Below the pieces are notes generated by a model. It saw nothing but the letters and a program-made list of their open reading frames with translations. It had not been told where the DNA came from and ran no database searches. A program made the translations under genes and the position numbers. From a virus: a DNA stretch of 64,000 nucleotides. This document shows, piece by piece, positions 1 through 9,158 of the stretch; the first letter of the stretch is position 1, and each line of letters starts with the position of its first letter. The stretch is taken from the IMG/VR virus record IMGVR_UViG_3300045988_129927; one strand, given 5' to 3'.

Positions 1-54
1 AGCGACGGACTGTTAATCCGCAGGTCCCTGGTTCGAGCCCAGGTCGGGGAGCCA
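1..54 (+). tRNA. tRNA-Asn (anticodon GTT), 5' part cut off by window edge
   Basis: Anticodon loop ctGTTaa, T arm ccctgg/ttcgagc/ccagg, acceptor 3' strand, discriminator g and encoded CCA (52-54). The 3' half closely resembles E. coli tRNA-Asn. Confidence 0.85.
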
Positions 55-257
55 ATGTACTCTTTAGTTTAAAATAAAACAATTACCGTAAGTTACGTAA
101 AAGCACATTTTACTTCAAACCCGCTTGTATCAATGCTTTCAGACAAACGTAATCTACGGTGGTAGATGCAGGTAAATCCTGTAAGAGTACACCCAATTAG
201 GAGATAATACCATGAATTCTATTATTTATATTGAAGGATGGGGTTATTAAATTAACT

Positions 258-341
258 GGAGGGATTGGAGAGTGGTTAAATCCAGCGGACTGTAAATCCG
301 CCCCGAAAGGTTCGTAGGTTCAAATCCTACTCCCTCCACCA
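258..341 (+). tRNA. tRNA-Tyr (anticodon GTA), class II
   Basis: Acceptor ggaggga/tccctcc, anticodon stem-loop gcgga-ctGTAaa-tccgc, long variable arm as in bacterial tRNA-Tyr, T loop ggttcaaatcc, encoded CCA. Confidence 0.85.
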
Positions 342-464
342 AATAGAAGTACTCGTACTCAATTCCTATTCTGACGTACGGTACTGCTTTAAAATGTAAT
401 GAATAGGTAAAGTACTAGTGTATTAGAAAACTTTCGGTGATGAAACTAGTTTAAACCGATTTTT

Positions 465-553
465 CCGCGAGTGATGTAACGAGGGAGCCATGTCGGACTT
501 AAAATCCGATGACCATTGCGGTCGTGTGGGTTCGAATCCCACCTCGCGGACCA
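465..553 (+). tRNA. tRNA-Leu (anticodon TAA), class II
   Basis: Acceptor ccgcgag/ctcgcgg, anticodon stem-loop tcgga-ctTAAaa-tccga, long variable arm, T arm gtggg-ttcgaat-cccac, discriminator a plus CCA. Confidence 0.85.
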
Positions 554-570
554 ATTCAATAGAGTATATT

Positions 571-600
571 AGATAGGACACTATAATGTGTCCTATCTAG
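571..600 (+). terminator. hairpin terminator after tRNA cluster
   Basis: Perfect inverted repeat agataggacac / gtgtcctatct around a short loop. Confidence 0.55.
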
Positions 601-630
601 TTACTTATGCTTTTTGCTGGGTAAAATAGA

Positions 631-840
631 ATGGATTATAAAAAACTATTTAAAAAGGTTATTCGTAAACTCTATTCTGGTATAGAAACAGTAGTAGTAA
701 CAGTAGCACCTACTCTAGAATACTTAAAAGACAAAAGAGTAGCTTTTAAAAGTAAAGTAGGTGATGACGTATACTATGGGATTAAGTTCCTAATGGTTTT
801 AGTATTAATATATATTTTTTATTTTTTATTGGGAAAGTAA
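631..840 (+). CDS. hypothetical small protein with C-terminal hydrophobic segment
   Basis: 69-aa ORF. The C-terminus FLMVLVLIYIFYFLLGK looks like a transmembrane helix. RBS is weak. Confidence 0.5.
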   Translation: MDYKKLFKKVIRKLYSGIETVVVTVAPTLEYLKDKRVAFKSKVGDDVYYGIKFLMVLVLIYIFYFLLGK

Positions 841-841
841 A

Positions 842-934
842 ATGACTACAGCAGATCAACTAATGACAATTGTCATTAGTCTAATTGCAGTTTTAGCACT
901 GATATATCTTGTCTTTAGCGCAATGAGGAAATAA
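842..934 (+). CDS. possible 30-aa single-TM micro-protein
   Basis: Hand-translated ATG ORF MTTADQLMTIVISLIAVLALIYLVFSAMRK, packed between the stop of 631-840 and the start of 937-1359. It is below the ORF-track size cutoff. Confidence 0.3.
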   Translation: MTTADQLMTIVISLIAVLALIYLVFSAMRK

Positions 935-936
935 AC

Positions 937-1359
937 ATGACTCAATCTCTCTTTAGTTTAACTATTTACAAAAATAAACTAGAAGTACCTAAATGGGTAT
1001 GGGAACAACAAGAAAGTGTTTCTGACCATGAATTAATCGTTGATTGGTTAAATAGAAAACATGCTAATTTAAATATTACTAAGTATTGTTTATCTAAAGA
1101 TAAAGATTTTATCTATTTCGATGTACATTCTAAATACAATCCTACTATTTACGTAAAGGATTCTGAACTAGGTGGATTAGAATTAAAAAATATAGAAGAG
1201 TCTGTAGAAACATTTATTACAAACTCCATTGATTCTTGGATTAGTGTTAAAGGACAAACAACACATAAATCCAGTAATCCAATTAAGTATAATAGATTGG
1301 TTAGAGAGTACTTAACTAAGATATTTAAAGAAAAAAAATTATATATTGTGTTAGGATAA
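937..1359 (+). CDS. hypothetical protein
   Basis: 140-aa ORF with RBS-like aggaaataaacATG. No recognisable motif. Confidence 0.65.
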   Translation: MTQSLFSLTIYKNKLEVPKWVWEQQESVSDHELIVDWLNRKHANLNITKYCLSKDKDFIYFDVHSKYNPTIYVKDSELGGLELKNIEESVETFITNSIDSWISVKGQTTHKSSNPIKYNRLVREYLTKIFKEKKLYIVLG

Positions 1360-1361
1360 AT

Positions 1362-1396
1362 ACTATACTAGACAGGTATTATCCTGTCTAGTATAG
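1362..1396. terminator. bidirectional hairpin terminator
   Basis: actatactagacagg / cctgtctagtatag inverted repeat between convergent genes. Confidence 0.6.
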
Positions 1397-1404
1397 CGTT
1401 ATCT

Positions 1405-1629
1405 TTACAGTGATTCAATTGCTTGAACCATTTGTTCACTGGGACCCGCAAGATTTTCACGAAGATTATAAATCTTCTTCTCACAATCAGGGATTAATGT
1501 AACTAATCCTTTAATCACACATTCCTCTCGGAATGCGAGTGCTTGAGAAAGTAACTTCTCATTGTATTTAATACGGTGTTCAAGATCACTAATAACATCA
1601 TCACTATAGTGAAAACTAATAATACCCAT
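1405..1629 (-). CDS. hypothetical protein
   Basis: 74-aa ORF with no motif. Confidence 0.55.
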   Translation of the reverse strand: MGIISFHYSDDVISDLEHRIKYNEKLLSQALAFREECVIKGLVTLIPDCEKKIYNLRENLAGPSEQMVQAIESL

Positions 1630-1718
1630 GATAATACTCCTAAAAGATTATAATATAATTAAATTAAAGAAGATTACTCTTCTCTTTCAATTTAGTGATA
1701 TGTATTTGAAATAAAATA

Positions 1719-1750
1719 TATTAGAGTGCATCTTTCGACACACTCTAATA
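1719..1750 (-). terminator. hairpin terminator downstream of 1761-3059
   Basis: tattagagtg / cactctaata inverted repeat. Confidence 0.5.
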
Positions 1751-1760
1751 CAAATAGATC

Positions 1761-3059
1761 TTAAGATAGTAAAGAGTTTTTCCATTTAGTAGTACTAACA
1801 GTCTTATTATGCATAATCTTCATTGAAAGATTCATGATGACACTACCCAAGCTAGAGTTAACTGTAGCGATACCATTCTCGTAATTCGAGATATTAGGAC
1901 CTACACATTTCCTACAGTAACTATTGTTCTTAGAAGTACACATACTAGGTGCCCTAAACAATAAATACTTACCAGCTAATTCATTGATATTTTCATTAGT
2001 AATCTTGTAAGAAACACCTTTGACAATATACCAATATCCAATATACTTAAGACATTTATCTACATCATCTGGCATTTTATATAATACACCATGTGTACTA
2101 CCACAGTCATCACCTTCTACTTTTAAGTTAGCAGCAGAACGTAATGCGTCTTTAACCAATACACCACCTTCTTGTGTTTCTAGACCACGACCAATAGAAC
2201 CATTATACGCATCATTTACATAGACAGATAGGTTTTTATAATCCACACCTTCTTTTAAACTACGTGTAATGAATTGACCTGGTTTATCATCTAGAGTAGA
2301 CGGTGTACCAAAGTTATTGTTCAAACGTTTACGTGTATTGTTAAATGCTTTACCACTGATTAAGAAACCCATGGAGTCATCACCTTTCATGAATTCCTTA
2401 TCAATGGCCACTAATTCAGCATCTACCTTAGCAGCAATTACTGGGTCATTTAATCTATCCCCATATTCAGCATAGAGTTCTTTTCTACGTTTCTCTAACA
2501 ATGGGTTAGTAGTTAAAGACTTCTCAGTAATAGAAGGTACGAATGTCTGTGTATAGTTTACTAAGTGTAGAGTATTCTCAGTATATTTCAAAAACTCTTC
2601 GGTAAATACTTCATCTGGTTTTTCTGGTTTATCTTCAGTAATATCGTCACGTGAACGTTCCCATTTATATAGAAAGTATTTCTCTACATCATTAGGGAAG
2701 AAACGTTTATTGATAAATGGTACTTTACCATTAAATGGGTCAATAACCATTAAATAATTTTGAAACAGTATGCCACAAGAAGTTTTAATTTCTTCTTTTT
2801 GACCAGGAAATGTACCCATTGGTACGGTAATCATCTCACCTACTCTAAGTAATGGTTTAGTGATATCTGTAGCACCTGTAATCAATACTTCTTCATTGTC
2901 CTGTATAAAGTAAAAACCTTTCTCATTTGTTTTAACTAAATAAGGAGTCTCATCTTTGGTTTTAAATACAGAGAAACAACTCTTAATCCAATATGAATCT
3001 AAGAACCATCTGTTTTTTAAACCCATGAGGAAATAACTATATTTATTCATTTCTTTCAT
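1761..3059 (-). CDS. multisubunit RNAP beta-prime-like fragment (bridge helix to first trigger helix)
   Basis: GRGLETQEGGVLVKDALRSAANLKVEGDDCGSTHG matches the beta-prime bridge-helix region (E. coli [25 protein letters not shown]..EDCGT). LFRAPSMCTSKNNSYCRKCVGPN...GIATVNSSLGSVIMNLSMKIMH matches region G (RSPLTCE..CAKCYG...[25 protein letters not shown]). Confidence 0.7.
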   Translation of the reverse strand: MKEMNKYSYFLMGLKNRWFLDSYWIKSCFSVFKTKDETPYLVKTNEKGFYFIQDNEEVLITGATDITKPLLRVGEMITVPMGTFPGQKEEIKTSCGILFQNYLMVIDPFNGKVPFINKRFFPNDVEKYFLYKWERSRDDITEDKPEKPDEVFTEEFLKYTENTLHLVNYTQTFVPSITEKSLTTNPLLEKRRKELYAEYGDRLNDPVIAAKVDAELVAIDKEFMKGDDSMGFLISGKAFNNTRKRLNNNFGTPSTLDDKPGQFITRSLKEGVDYKNLSVYVNDAYNGSIGRGLETQEGGVLVKDALRSAANLKVEGDDCGSTHGVLYKMPDDVDKCLKYIGYWYIVKGVSYKITNENINELAGKYLLFRAPSMCTSKNNSYCRKCVGPNISNYENGIATVNSSLGSVIMNLSMKIMHNKTVSTTKWKNSLLS

Positions 3060-3061
3060 TT

Positions 3062-3901
3062 TTAAATAGTCCTTGTTTTTACTTGAATTTCACGTACTGC
3101 TCTTAATATAGTATCAGTAACACTGTAATCAAATACATAATCACCAATATTATCCTCTACACACTCAGCAGGTTCGTCTGTACCATCTTCACTAATTAAT
3201 GCAAACAGATATAAGTTATAACACTGTTCTTTTAAATCTAAGTCAAATAGAGTAGTAGAATAGATATTTAAATAACTACGAAATGGTAAACCTAGATTAA
3301 CTCCACTTCTAATTAAATCAATTACCATGAATGATTCATCGTTAACTGCTTTACAAAACTCTTTAACACGTAAAGCTATTTTAGTTAAGTCTTTAGGTTC
3401 TACTGCTTGTGTTTCTTTTTTATTTCGTAAATAGTTAACCAACTTCTCTTTAGTCATTGGTAGTATCTTAACAATGTGATTATTGAAATCAGATTCATCA
3501 ATGTCTAAAGAACCTACTACATTAAGTAATTCGTAGAATGTTACAATAATATCCCTATCTGATTCTAGAATAGAAAGAGAAAAATCTAATTGCTCATTAG
3601 CTTCAATCTCAATAGCTTCTTTATAAATCTTATACAATATCTCGTTATCTAAGTAGTAATCTTCAGAAACAAAGAAACCAATTTCCATTAATAATTCAAT
3701 TAATATTCCTTGAACAGAGCTTTTAATTAAATCGTCTAATTGACTCATTGTAACGTCATCGTTACAGTTTTGGATGATATAATCTATGTTATCACCATAA
3801 TCATCTCGTACACCTGTTACGAGTTCCATTATATCAGTATATAGGGCAACATCTTCTTTTTCCCATGTACTGGTAATGTAATTTAACATTAAATTACCCA
3901 T
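3062..3901 (-). CDS. hypothetical very acidic protein
   Basis: 279-aa ORF, D/E-rich, placed 2 nt downstream of the RNAP fragment gene's partner boundary. No motif. Confidence 0.7.
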   Translation of the reverse strand: MGNLMLNYITSTWEKEDVALYTDIMELVTGVRDDYGDNIDYIIQNCNDDVTMSQLDDLIKSSVQGILIELLMEIGFFVSEDYYLDNEILYKIYKEAIEIEANEQLDFSLSILESDRDIIVTFYELLNVVGSLDIDESDFNNHIVKILPMTKEKLVNYLRNKKETQAVEPKDLTKIALRVKEFCKAVNDESFMVIDLIRSGVNLGLPFRSYLNIYSTTLFDLDLKEQCYNLYLFALISEDGTDEPAECVEDNIGDYVFDYSVTDTILRAVREIQVKTRTI

Positions 3902-4046
3902 TATAAATCTACCTTATAATAAAGTTAGTAAATAGTTAAAGACTAGCTACATATGTGATAATCTTTAAATTCATAACATAAATCGAAGAATGTTAGTAAA
4001 TATACATTAATCGACTTATTAGATTCATTTAAATAAGGAAATCAAA

Positions 4047-4823
4047 ATGACTGATGTAATCCTCCCGTTCAATTTAAAAAATGGTCAGCAAATTAAAACT
4101 TCATTCAATGGTGAAAAATACAGTAGTAACCGTTTGCGATTGAAAACAAACAATAAACACCTACATGAGAAAGTGTTGTTACTTGACCCTAAGAAACCTT
4201 ATGTTAAAGCACGTGATGGTGAATTAAAACCAATCGAACGTGTTCGTAAAATGCCTGAAGATTTGAAAGGTTTGATGACACAAGAAGAATATTCTACATT
4301 AGTAGATACCACATTTGAATCTTGTGTGGAAATCCATAAACATCTGTATGAACAAATCCTGGCTCCTAAACGTGCACTAGAAGCCTTCGGTGCACCAGAT
4401 AAAGAAAAGATGCTTGCCTTTCTTCCAGAGCGCAATAAGTTCAAATTATTGGCAAACATGACCGTATCTGATATGTCCGATATGGAACGTGAACTTAACT
4501 CTATTCGTAAACTTTATTCTAAATACCTGAATGAAGACGATACAGTTAAGAAAGAAGTAAACCAAGAAGATGCTTTCTTTTTGGAATTGATTACAGATAT
4601 TAAATTGCGCTATGTTGTATGTGCTAATCGTATTCGTAATACACTGTTGTCCGAAGTACAACACATTAGCGACTTCTACACTACCATGGTAATTAATTAT
4701 TATCATCAACACCCAGAAGAAGCTCCAGAAGATATTAAGAAATTCATTTCTGAAGAATTGTATAAATATACAAACCCTAATTTAAATGCTGCTCAGCCAG
4801 CACCTGTTAAAGAAGGAAATTAA
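4047..4823 (+). CDS. hypothetical protein
   Basis: 258-aa ORF with RBS aaggaaatcaaaATG. Its stop directly abuts the next start (taaATG). Confidence 0.7.
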   Translation: MTDVILPFNLKNGQQIKTSFNGEKYSSNRLRLKTNNKHLHEKVLLLDPKKPYVKARDGELKPIERVRKMPEDLKGLMTQEEYSTLVDTTFESCVEIHKHLYEQILAPKRALEAFGAPDKEKMLAFLPERNKFKLLANMTVSDMSDMERELNSIRKLYSKYLNEDDTVKKEVNQEDAFFLELITDIKLRYVVCANRIRNTLLSEVQHISDFYTTMVINYYHQHPEEAPEDIKKFISEELYKYTNPNLNAAQPAPVKEGN

Positions 4824-6707
4824 ATGAGTGACCAAAACGAAGTTAAGTTACATGACACAATTGACATTGATAAATTAGAAAATCTTGCCGAACACGCACG
4901 ACGTGAAAGCGAAGAAGTAATTGCTGATACAATGACTATTGAAGAAATGATTCAGAATGGTGAGTTAACAGATAACCACTCTAAAAAAGAACCCGTAGTC
5001 GAAGATTCTCGAATTATGGATCCTTCTCTGTTTGAATCATTGAAAGCAGATACACCAGAAATTGCTAAGATTGATTTCGAAACACCTACTGAAGAGACAA
5101 AGCCAGTAGAAGATAAGAAAAAATCTGCTGCTAAAATTCTTCACAATTTACGATCACGTGTAGGTGCAATTGATAAATCAGGTGTGAAACACTGGGTTCC
5201 TACTAGCTCACTTAATGAAGCAAAGAAACCAGCTTCTAAACCAATTCCTGTAGAAATTGCTAATCGTAGTTTGAGTAACTCAGATGAGAAAGTAGTGGAC
5301 TTTAAGAAACGTGAAGACCTTGAGAAATTCAATGATTCTATCTCTATTCCACCTGATTCTAAAGAAAACATTATTCGCTATGTTACAGAGAACCCACACT
5401 CTGTAGAAGGCGATATGGGTTCTACTAAACTCTATCAGCTTACTACAGGTATGGAATTGATTTCTGGTGAAGAAGAGTTTGTCAATAAAACACTTAATGA
5501 TGAAAAAGTAGAAATCTCTACAGCATATACACGTGAAGGTTCTGAAAAAAAAGTAGCTTCACACCGCTCAATGATGCGTTTGGAAACAGGTAATGTATCT
5601 GGTATTCGCGCTCGTGCAGCGATTATGGATTCATTAGGTTTGTCTACCTTCTTCGAGGTAGTATTACCACATTCTGGCTTGGTAGCTGTTATTTCAGCTC
5701 CACTGGTACATGAGCTGGTAGACTTACAAACTACTATTGATACTTCCAAGATTAACTTAGGTCGTTCTATTGGTGGCTCTAATTACGGTACTACTACTTG
5801 GTTTATTGGTAATAAACTGGTTGATTTGTTTATTAAGAAAATTGAACGAATCAATGTAAAAAACTATACACCAGAATTGCTTCGTAGTTTGATTGATCCA
5901 ATGGATATTCCTACTATCGCATGGGCATTAGCATGTACTAAATATCCAGATGGTTATACCTATAGTCGTCTTGTACTGGGTAAAGAAGGGCGTACTGAGT
6001 CTGTAATGGGTACCATTAATCTTAACGATATTTCATTCCCACTGAATTCTAAGTTATCTATTCGTCAAAAACAGCATCTTGGTAATGCTGATAACATTAT
6101 GCATTCAGTCGAAGAGATTGAATCTTATCGTCGAGATTGGAAATCTAAAGACGAGATTGAAGAATTCAAGCGCACAATTAGTGAACGGACTGTTATTCAA
6201 AATGGCCATCAAGTAACTAAGAAAGTAGAAATTACCTTTGCTCCTACTAATGTTGATAATTATATCGAACATGGTACTGCATGGGACGTTTACTTGCGTG
6301 AAGCTATTAATGAAACATTGGCTATGGTTCCTGATGAAAATGTTCGTTCCGAATACTTGGCTCGTAAGATTACTGCCACATCAATGCGTGAGTATAGTCA
6401 TTTGATTAAAGAAATCACTATCACTAATGACTATGGTGAACCAGGTAAAAACATCGTTACGGTTATTACTAGCCATAGCGATATCATGGACTTCATTGAC
6501 ATTTCTGCAAATGATATTAATTTGATTAAGAAATTCCGTGAAGCAGTGATTGAGTTTATTAACCAACAAACCAAGATTGTTTACGGTGTTCCTGTGGCAA
6601 ATGAAACAGAGGAAACACATGAACTCAGTAACTCAATTGTTCCAATCAATCCGGTGATGCTTTTTTTTATTCTGACCGGTCGGATTTATCAGTCACTCGG
6701 GAACTAG
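4824..6707 (+). CDS. hypothetical protein with ~190-aa low-complexity E/K/S/P-rich N-terminus
   Basis: 627-aa ORF, which is long for AT-rich DNA. It is translationally coupled to 4047-4823. No motif recognised. Confidence 0.8.
   Translation: MSDQNEVKLHDTIDIDKLENLAEHARRESEEVIADTMTIEEMIQNGELTDNHSKKEPVVEDSRIMDPSLFESLKADTPEIAKIDFETPTEETKPVEDKKKSAAKILHNLRSRVGAIDKSGVKHWVPTSSLNEAKKPASKPIPVEIANRSLSNSDEKVVDFKKREDLEKFNDSISIPPDSKENIIRYVTENPHSVEGDMGSTKLYQLTTGMELISGEEEFVNKTLNDEKVEISTAYTREGSEKKVASHRSMMRLETGNVSGIRARAAIMDSLGLSTFFEVVLPHSGLVAVISAPLVHELVDLQTTIDTSKINLGRSIGGSNYGTTTWFIGNKLVDLFIKKIERINVKNYTPELLRSLIDPMDIPTIAWALACTKYPDGYTYSRLVLGKEGRTESVMGTINLNDISFPLNSKLSIRQKQHLGNADNIMHSVEEIESYRRDWKSKDEIEEFKRTISERTVIQNGHQVTKKVEITFAPTNVDNYIEHGTAWDVYLREAINETLAMVPDENVRSEYLARKITATSMREYSHLIKEITITNDYGEPGKNIVTVITSHSDIMDFIDISANDINLIKKFREAVIEFINQQTKIVYGVPVANETEETHELSNSIVPINPVMLFFILTGRIYQSLGN
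6661..6668 (+). other. T8 homopolymer forming a T_TTT_TTT slippery heptamer in the zero frame of 4824-6707
   Basis: Zero-frame codons are CTT TTT TTT ATT. The -1 frame is open from 6632 through 7273. Confidence 0.5.
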
Positions 6708-6754
6708 ACAATAGACGAGTAATACCTAATGCAACGGGTGCTATCAAAGACCCG

Positions 6755-7273
6755 TTGTTTGGTATTGACTTTGTTAAGCGTTCTGACATACTGGAAGATA
6801 CTGCTGGTACAGACTATGGTGAAGAAGAGATACGCCATAACCGAGGTAATGAAGAGTTTAATACTGTTATTGCTTCTGGTAAGGCAGACCCTATTAAAGA
6901 CGATGTATTGAAGAAACTTTCGATATTGTCGTTACATGATTCTTGTTATAATTTAGACCCAATGACAAGTAATAAAGAAAATGGGGAGAAGGTATGTCAT
7001 TCCTCACTATACCCAGTAGCCATGAAAAAAGCATATGTTATTCATGGTGAGGGTAGTTTGTTACAAACAGCAATAGAAGAATTCATTTTACTAGATATCG
7101 GTAAGTTTACTAACATGGATTTACAACAGTGGATGTCTTTAACTTATCATGAACAAAAGATGATAAGAGAGACAGTAGACAAGCGTAAGAGAATGGAAGC
7201 AGCTGCTACTGATAATTTAGTTAATGGATTAAAAGAATCCGCCGCTCAAGCAGAAAAAAATAAACAACATTGA
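6755..7273 (+). CDS. hypothetical protein, possibly the -1 frameshift extension of 4824-6707
   Basis: The 172-aa ORF begins at a TTG with no RBS, and the first ATG is ~70 codons in. The same frame is open upstream to 6632 and overlaps the end of the 627-aa ORF. Confidence 0.55.
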   Translation: MFGIDFVKRSDILEDTAGTDYGEEEIRHNRGNEEFNTVIASGKADPIKDDVLKKLSILSLHDSCYNLDPMTSNKENGEKVCHSSLYPVAMKKAYVIHGEGSLLQTAIEEFILLDIGKFTNMDLQQWMSLTYHEQKMIRETVDKRKRMEAAATDNLVNGLKESAAQAEKNKQH

Positions 7274-7276
7274 TAC

Positions 7277-7310
7277 TACCCCACTACTACCAGATGGTAG
7301 TAGTGGGGTA
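7277..7310. terminator. bidirectional hairpin terminator
   Basis: taccccactactacc / ggtagtagtggggta, a 15-bp perfect stem with loop agat, between convergent genes. Confidence 0.65.
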
Positions 7311-7315
7311 TATAT

Positions 7316-7918
7316 CTAATTAGGTAAGTTATAAATGACTTCAGCCATTTGATAAAAACCATATTCTGAATTACAATCGTAACCAGGAGGATTCTCAGTT
7401 AATACTATTTCATCATCACTAATATACGATACAGATAGATTAAACTTAATCAAATCTTGATAAGGAATAGAGATAGAACCATTTGGACTAATAGAAACAG
7501 AACCAATATTTCTATTATTTATCTCAATGAATCTCAAATCGTTTATTTCTTTAGATATCCATGTGGATAACTCAAATAAACCATTAGCGATATGACTACA
7601 AATAGTATAAGCTGTTTCTTCATCCATGTATAATGTATTCAGTAAACAAGCTTGTAAACTAGATAAAGTCATTTCGTAAGATAAATCATCTAAATGAGGA
7701 TTATCTAAATCATGTTCAAATGTAGGATTCATCATTCTAGTTTGACTGTTAAATAGATTACGAACAAAGTCGTTAATGATTACATCAAAGTTTAGTTTGT
7801 AAACAGCATTGATATTGGTTTGTTTAAATTTAAGATTACTGTACCCAATAACTAAATTAGCAGCTATCCTAAAGTCAACAGGAATACCAAAATGAAATTC
7901 AACTAGGTTTCTGTCCAT
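7316..7918 (-). CDS. hypothetical acidic protein (4th gene of acidic operon)
   Basis: 200-aa ORF starting 6 nt after the upstream gene. Confidence 0.7.
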   Translation of the reverse strand: MDRNLVEFHFGIPVDFRIAANLVIGYSNLKFKQTNINAVYKLNFDVIINDFVRNLFNSQTRMMNPTFEHDLDNPHLDDLSYEMTLSSLQACLLNTLYMDEETAYTICSHIANGLFELSTWISKEINDLRFIEINNRNIGSVSISPNGSISIPYQDLIKFNLSVSYISDDEIVLTENPPGYDCNSEYGFYQMAEVIYNLPN

Positions 7919-7924
7919 TATCTA

Positions 7925-8419
7925 TTACTCCGATACTAAACTCAAATTTACATTTATTACTTCAATACTAAGCTCAAATATACCTGAATGAATAACTCTA
8001 GTTTTATTCCAAGTCAGTTGAGGATTAAGAACTTGTTCAAATCCTACCACAATAGTTCCAATCACATCAAACATTCCATTACAGATAATCTCAGCAAATA
8101 TATTCCTTAATAAATTTTTAATATAAAGTTCACCATTAGTAGTAGGTATGTTTTCCTTATACATCGAATGAAGGTAAGAATCATCCAAACCATCTGTATT
8201 CTGAATACTAATCCTATCTAAATACTTCTTATAAGCAACATCACTTAGATATTCAGCATCTTCAACAGTTAAAGCTTTATTGAAAGTATAAGTACCACTA
8301 ATAGCTACCTCTAAGATAAATTGAATATCCTCTTTGGTATCTTTCTTATAAATTAATTTACCTAATTCATCAGCAGAGAAACCATAGAGACTTTCAATGT
8401 TAATTAAATGTTTTACCAC
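7925..8419 (-). CDS. hypothetical acidic protein (3rd gene of acidic operon)
   Basis: 164-aa ORF. Its GTG start overlaps the upstream stop (TCGTGGTAA), with GGAGAT as RBS. Confidence 0.65.
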   Translation of the reverse strand: MVKHLINIESLYGFSADELGKLIYKKDTKEDIQFILEVAISGTYTFNKALTVEDAEYLSDVAYKKYLDRISIQNTDGLDDSYLHSMYKENIPTTNGELYIKNLLRNIFAEIICNGMFDVIGTIVVGFEQVLNPQLTWNKTRVIHSGIFELSIEVINVNLSLVSE

Positions 8420-9156
8420 GAGATATCTCCAGAATACACAACATCATTAGAACCAATCCTAAAGTCATTAAGACCAGTTTTAAGGCTATATAATTCACCA
8501 TTATCAAAATCAAAATAAATGTTACACAACATATTGTTCTCTAAAATACTAACAAGAATAGGAGAAGGATTTTCTTGACGATAGAATATATCTGTATATG
8601 TTTCAATACACGATACAGCTATAGACATACTATCTTTATCATTCTCGATAATATAGTTAGATAATTCTGGAAATGATGCGTAAAAGTATTGGTTAAAGAA
8701 GTATAGAAAGTAGGCAATAAAGTCAATAATCTCCACAGGAGTAGAAACAGATAAATCTACCTCTACCCCATCTTTATTTATTATCATACCACACTCTTCT
8801 TTAACCTCATCATTTTCTATTAATTCCTCGATTATAACATCCATTTGCTGGGTTAATGCTTCTATTGTCGTATAACCAGAGTAATTGATATAATGTCCTA
8901 ATACTTCATCTGTTAGAGGCATTTGAGATACCTCTAAAGATCGTTTATCAATTAACATAGTGATAAATATATACTCAATGATTTCTTCTATACCAAATGG
9001 GAAGTACTGTTTATTAGCATCGTACACACCATCGAACATATTATTATAGCATGAATCAATAGGTGAATAACCCATGGCATTAATAACCCTATTGTATATA
9101 TCACGAATATAAACACTCATCTCTATCCTAGAGAGATTACTAAAGTCTAAATTCAT
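8413..9156 (-). CDS. hypothetical acidic protein (2nd gene of acidic operon)
   Basis: 247-aa ORF starting 2 nt after the upstream stop. Confidence 0.7.
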   Translation of the reverse strand: MNLDFSNLSRIEMSVYIRDIYNRVINAMGYSPIDSCYNNMFDGVYDANKQYFPFGIEEIIEYIFITMLIDKRSLEVSQMPLTDEVLGHYINYSGYTTIEALTQQMDVIIEELIENDEVKEECGMIINKDGVEVDLSVSTPVEIIDFIAYFLYFFNQYFYASFPELSNYIIENDKDSMSIAVSCIETYTDIFYRQENPSPILVSILENNMLCNIYFDFDNGELYSLKTGLNDFRIGSNDVVYSGDISW

Positions 9157-9158
9157 TT

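Noticed and set aside
55-464. Possible additional or degenerate tRNAs in the 200-nt and 120-nt spacers between tRNAs
   Set aside because: I tried to fold them. Only short isolated hairpins appear (atctac-ggtg-gtagat, cagg-taaat-cctg). There is no cloverleaf, no T-loop consensus and no 7-nt anticodon loop.
4824-6707. Considered calling the 627-aa protein the phage-nucleus shell protein (chimallin), based on size and a nearby RNAP gene
   Set aside because: I recognise no diagnostic sequence. The ~190-aa disordered N-terminus is longer than I would expect for chimallin. Size alone is not evidence, so I left it as hypothetical.
6729-6911. 60-aa ATG ORF just after the 627-aa gene
   Set aside because: It lies in the frame of the upstream gene past its stop and has a hydrophobic, low-complexity translation. 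The overlapping 6755-7273 frame is far longer and has protein-like composition.
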